From an uncultured Acidobacteriota bacterium (GTDB lineage Bacteria; Acidobacteriota; Vicinamibacteria; Vicinamibacterales; UBA2999), in assembly GCA_963818645.1 (NCBI GenBank), contig CAWFTF010000018.1, forward strand, positions 69,499-133,498: a stretch of DNA of 64,000 nt, written 5' to 3'. This document shows, in pieces, positions 61,172-64,000 of this stretch (position 1 is its first letter; each line of letters begins with the position of its first letter). The notes below the pieces were generated by a model that was not told where the DNA came from, made no database searches, and saw nothing but the letters and a program-made list of their open reading frames with translations. The translations under genes were made by a program, and so were the position numbers.

Positions 61172-61352
61172 CTGTAGGAGTTACAGCACCGCCGCGCTTG
61201 GCGCCTCGACCACGCTACCAGGGCCGTGCGAACGAAGCGACGTCCTCGATGCCAATTCATCGCACTCGCGCGTGGTCCAAAGCTTGCCCAGTAATACCAC
61301 GGGGTCCACGGAAACCTGGACCGTTCCCGAGCACCGTGTTTTGGAGGAATCG

Positions 61353-61952
61353 ATGAGACTCATTCGACTGCTTACGATATCCGCATCGCTCGTGCTGCTC
61401 GCGGCGCCGGCCGCTCGTGCCCAGGGGCACGCGAACATCTTCGTTGGCTCGAACTTCTCCGGTGATGCCGGACGTTCGCTGAGCGCCGCGCTCAACGACG
61501 GCAGCCGCCTGACGTGGGGCGGTGCCATTGGCGGGACCATGAAGGGCATCTTCGGCGCGGAAGTAGACCTGGCGTACGCCCGGCACTTCTACGGGAGCAA
61601 TGCCAGCCTGGGCAACAACTATGTCTTCACTCTCATGCCGTCGCTCATCATCGGCGTGCCGGTCGGAGGCGAAAGCGGTCCCGGCTTCCGTCCGTATGGA
61701 ACGGCAGGATTCGGATTGATCAGACGCGATCTCACCGTCAGTGGCATCGATGCGATCAAGGACAACGACCTCGGATACAGCGTCGGCTTCGGAGTCGACG
61801 GATTCGCGACCACGCACTTCGGCGTGAGAGCCGATTATCGCTACTTCCGCAATGTCAACGCCGACGACTCAAACAACGTCGTGGGTATCAACTTCGACCG
61901 CGGCAACTTCAGCTTCTCGCGCGGAAGCCTCGGAGCCATTTTCCGATTCTAA
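61353..61952 (+). CDS. Small outer-membrane beta-barrel protein (OmpA-like barrel / OmpW-porin-like)
   Basis: GGAGGA Shine-Dalgarno, signal peptide ending AQG, alternating beta-strand pattern, and a terminal ...GAIFRF. Confidence 0.75.
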   Translation: MRLIRLLTISASLVLLAAPAARAQGHANIFVGSNFSGDAGRSLSAALNDGSRLTWGGAIGGTMKGIFGAEVDLAYARHFYGSNASLGNNYVFTLMPSLIIGVPVGGESGPGFRPYGTAGFGLIRRDLTVSGIDAIKDNDLGYSVGFGVDGFATTHFGVRADYRYFRNVNADDSNNVVGINFDRGNFSFSRGSLGAIFRF

Positions 61953-61960
61953 CGATCGCT

Positions 61961-62066
61961 AACTCCCACCTACCAACTCCCAACTTCCAAAAGCACTGAC
62001 CTCCTTGGGAGTTGGAGGTTGGGAGTTGGGAGTTCTTTGGAAGTTGGGAGTTGGGCCTTGGGAGTT
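61961..62066. terminator. Long composite hairpin built from TTGGGAG/CTCCCAA heptamers
   Basis: The left arm (61961-61991) pairs with the right arm (62036-62066) as 8 bp plus 18 bp around a 5-nt internal loop. An inner 6-bp hairpin pairs acctcc (61999-62004) with ggaggt (62014-62019). It lies between the OMP stop and the next gene. Confidence 0.6.
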
Positions 62067-62106
62067 GTACTATCCGCTCCTCGTCACTTCATAGAGGAGC
62101 AGCTCC

Positions 62107-64000
62107 ATGCGCACGAGCCGCCTCGTCCGTCTCGTCGTCGGTCTCGGCCTCAGCGTCGGTCTTTATTCGCTTCTTCCATTGTCGTCTTCTCAGGCACAGC
62201 AGCCCGCCAACGACGTCGCAATCGACAACGATGACATCGGCGGTGTGGTCAACGGGCCGAAGGGTCCGGAAGCTGGTGTGTGGGTGATCGCCGAGACGCG
62301 TGACCTTCCCATTCGCTACATCAAGACCGTTGTGACGGACGATCGCGGCCGATTCGTCGTGCCCGATCTCCCATCCGCGAGCTACTCCGTGTGGGCCCGT
62401 GGCTACGGCCTCGTGGATAGCGCGAAGGCCACAGCCAAGCCTGGCCAGCGGCTGACCATCACCGCGACGCCGGCGCCAAATGAAGCAGCCGCCGCGCACT
62501 ACTACCCCGCGATTTACTGGTACTCGATGCTCAAGATTCCTGCGGCGGATCAATTCGGCGGCAAGAGCAGCATCCCGGCGCGGCTCTCGCAGAACGCGTG
62601 GATCAGCGCGATGAAGAATACCGGCTGCATCGGTTGTCATCAGCTCGGGCAACAGTCGACGCGAACGATTCCGGCAGCCCTCGGCACGTTCGCATCAGGA
62701 GCCGATGCGTGGCGTCGTCGCGTCCAGTCAGGCCAGTCGGGCCCGCAGATGCTCGGTCAGCTCACCGGACTGGGTGACATGTCCTTTGCGAACTTCGGAG
62801 ACTGGATCGACCGTATCGCGAAGGGAGAGGTTCCCTTCGCCAAGCCACCGCGGCCTCAGGGTGTCGAGCGCAACATCGTCATCACCCTGCGCGACTGGAT
62901 GAACGAGAAGCAGTACCTCCACGATCTGATCGCGAGCGATCGGCGCTTCCCGACGGTCAACGCCTACGGTCCGCTTGTCGGATCGCCCGAGTACAGCTCG
63001 GACGTCCTTCCTATTCTCGATCCGGTGAAGAACGTGGCGACGACGTTCAAGGCGCCGGTGAGGGATGCGAGCATGCCGCTCAGCCTGGGGCCGGGACATG
63101 CCGCCGCGCTCGACGCACTTCAACCTTCGCCCTACTGGGGCACGGACCGGATCTGGGATACGCGCGTCAACAATCACAACTCGATGTTCGGGCGTGATGG
63201 ACGACTGTGGCTGGCCGCGTCCGTTCGCGCCCCCGAGAACCCGGCCTTCTGCAAAGAGGGCTCGGACCACCCCTCCGCGAAAGCGTTCCCGATGGAGCGC
63301 GCGATTCGTCACATCGCCGTCTTCGATCTGAAGACGAAGAAGTACAACTTCGTCGATACGTGCTTCTCGACGCATCACCTGCAGTTCGGCTACGACGCCA
63401 ACGACACGATCTGGACAAGTGGCGGCGGTCCCGTTGTGGGCTGGCTGAACTCCAAGTTGTTCAGCGAGACCGGCGACGCCGCGAAGTCACAGGGCTGGAC
63501 GGCGCTCGTGCTCGACACCAACGGCAACGGCAAGCGCGATGCTTACACCGAACCGGATGCGCCCCCGGATCCATCGAAGGACAGGCGCATCAACGCCTCG
63601 TTCTACGCCGTGATGCCGAACCCGGTGGATGGATCGGTGTGGGGTGCCGTGCTCGGCGTCCCGGGCGCAGTCGTCCGTCTGGCGCCTGGCAAGAATCCGC
63701 CGGAGACCGCACTCGCCGAGATCTACAACGTGCCCATGCCGGGTTTTGGTGCGCGCGGCGCCGACATCGACAGCAAGGGTGTCGTGTGGGTCTCGCTCGG
63801 CAGCGGCCACCTGGGGAGCTTCGATCGAAGCAAGTGCAAGGCGCCGCTGAGTGGGCCGAAAGCAACTGGCGATCACTGTCCCGAAGGCTGGTCGTTCCAT
63901 CAGTATCCCGGTCCCGGTTTCAAGGGCATCGGCGAGAACAGCGCCGAGTCGAGCTACTACTCGTGGGTGGACCAGCACGACACGTTCGGACTCGGCAACG
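62107..64000 (+). CDS. Large secreted protein with a CarboxypepD_reg-like N-terminal domain and one CxxCH haem-binding motif (3' end outside the window)
   Basis: I translated it manually from ATG 62107, and the frame is open to the window end. It has a signal peptide, GVWVIAETRDLPIRYIKTVVTDDRGRFVVPDLPSASYSVWARGYG and NTGCIGCHQLG. It is absent from the ORF track because no stop lies in the window. Confidence 0.8.
   Translation, partial: MRTSRLVRLVVGLGLSVGLYSLLPLSSSQAQQPANDVAIDNDDIGGVVNGPKGPEAGVWVIAETRDLPIRYIKTVVTDDRGRFVVPDLPSASYSVWARGYGLVDSAKATAKPGQRLTITATPAPNEAAAAHYYPAIYWYSMLKIPAADQFGGKSSIPARLSQNAWISAMKNTGCIGCHQLGQQSTRTIPAALGTFASGADAWRRRVQSGQSGPQMLGQLTGLGDMSFANFGDWIDRIAKGEVPFAKPPRPQGVERNIVITLRDWMNEKQYLHDLIASDRRFPTVNAYGPLVGSPEYSSDVLPILDPVKNVATTFKAPVRDASMPLSLGPGHAAALDALQPSPYWGTDRIWDTRVNNHNSMFGRDGRLWLAASVRAPENPAFCKEGSDHPSAKAFPMERAIRHIAVFDLKTKKYNFVDTCFSTHHLQFGYDANDTIWTSGGGPVVGWLNSKLFSETGDAAKSQGWTALVLDTNGNGKRDAYTEPDAPPDPSKDRRINASFYAVMPNPVDGSVWGAVLGVPGAVVRLAPGKNPPETALAEIYNVPMPGFGARGADIDSKGVVWVSLGSGHLGSFDRSKCKAPLSGPKATGDHCPEGWSFHQYPGPGFKGIGENSAESSYYSWVDQHDTFGLGN

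Noticed and set aside
48550-62075. The heptamer arrays as CRISPR arrays or minisatellite-encoded peptides
   Set aside because: The repeat units are 7-9 nt with no spacers, each array is under 130 bp, and no cas genes are present. The tracts are palindromic and sit in intergenic 3' regions. This is not CRISPR.

Overview
This is a high-GC chromosomal segment. By inference it comes from an Acidobacteriota-like genome: it has a TIGR03436-type VWFA protein, a PEP-CTERM protein and a CarboxypepD_reg/CxxCH secreted protein. I can support about 50 protein genes and one tRNA-Leu(UAA). They include the groEL 3' end, three sensor kinases (two hybrid), a receiver protein with a Cys-rich tail, two sigma-54 enhancer-binding proteins and an ECF sigma/anti-sigma pair. 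There is also a Spy-like/TolC/MFP/RND efflux operon, a co-oriented TesA-YbbA-YbbP-like module, and housekeeping genes (tatA, rnr, ftsEX, gatB, pckA, ispH, folK, pgi, pepN). I found no integrase, transposase, phage gene, CRISPR array or recognisable defence gene, and no compelling complete novel multi-gene system. Four things are worth a second look. (1) At least 13 reading-frame breaks fall in 10 conserved genes; these are most likely consensus indel errors. (2) A family of intergenic elements is built from tandem 7-9 nt words, often arranged as long palindromes exactly between stop codons, and some loci share 9-11-mers. (3) There is a perfect sigma-54 promoter consensus upstream of a hybrid kinase operon, plus weaker sigma-54-like sites near the two activator genes. 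(4) Several small or poorly characterised modules stand out: a CxxC...CxxC receiver tail, a PP2C/TPR-activator/PilZ-like cluster, an Arg-rich DRR-repeat ORF and a MerR-type 19-bp-spacer promoter. All coordinates and motifs were read by eye, and no database search was possible.
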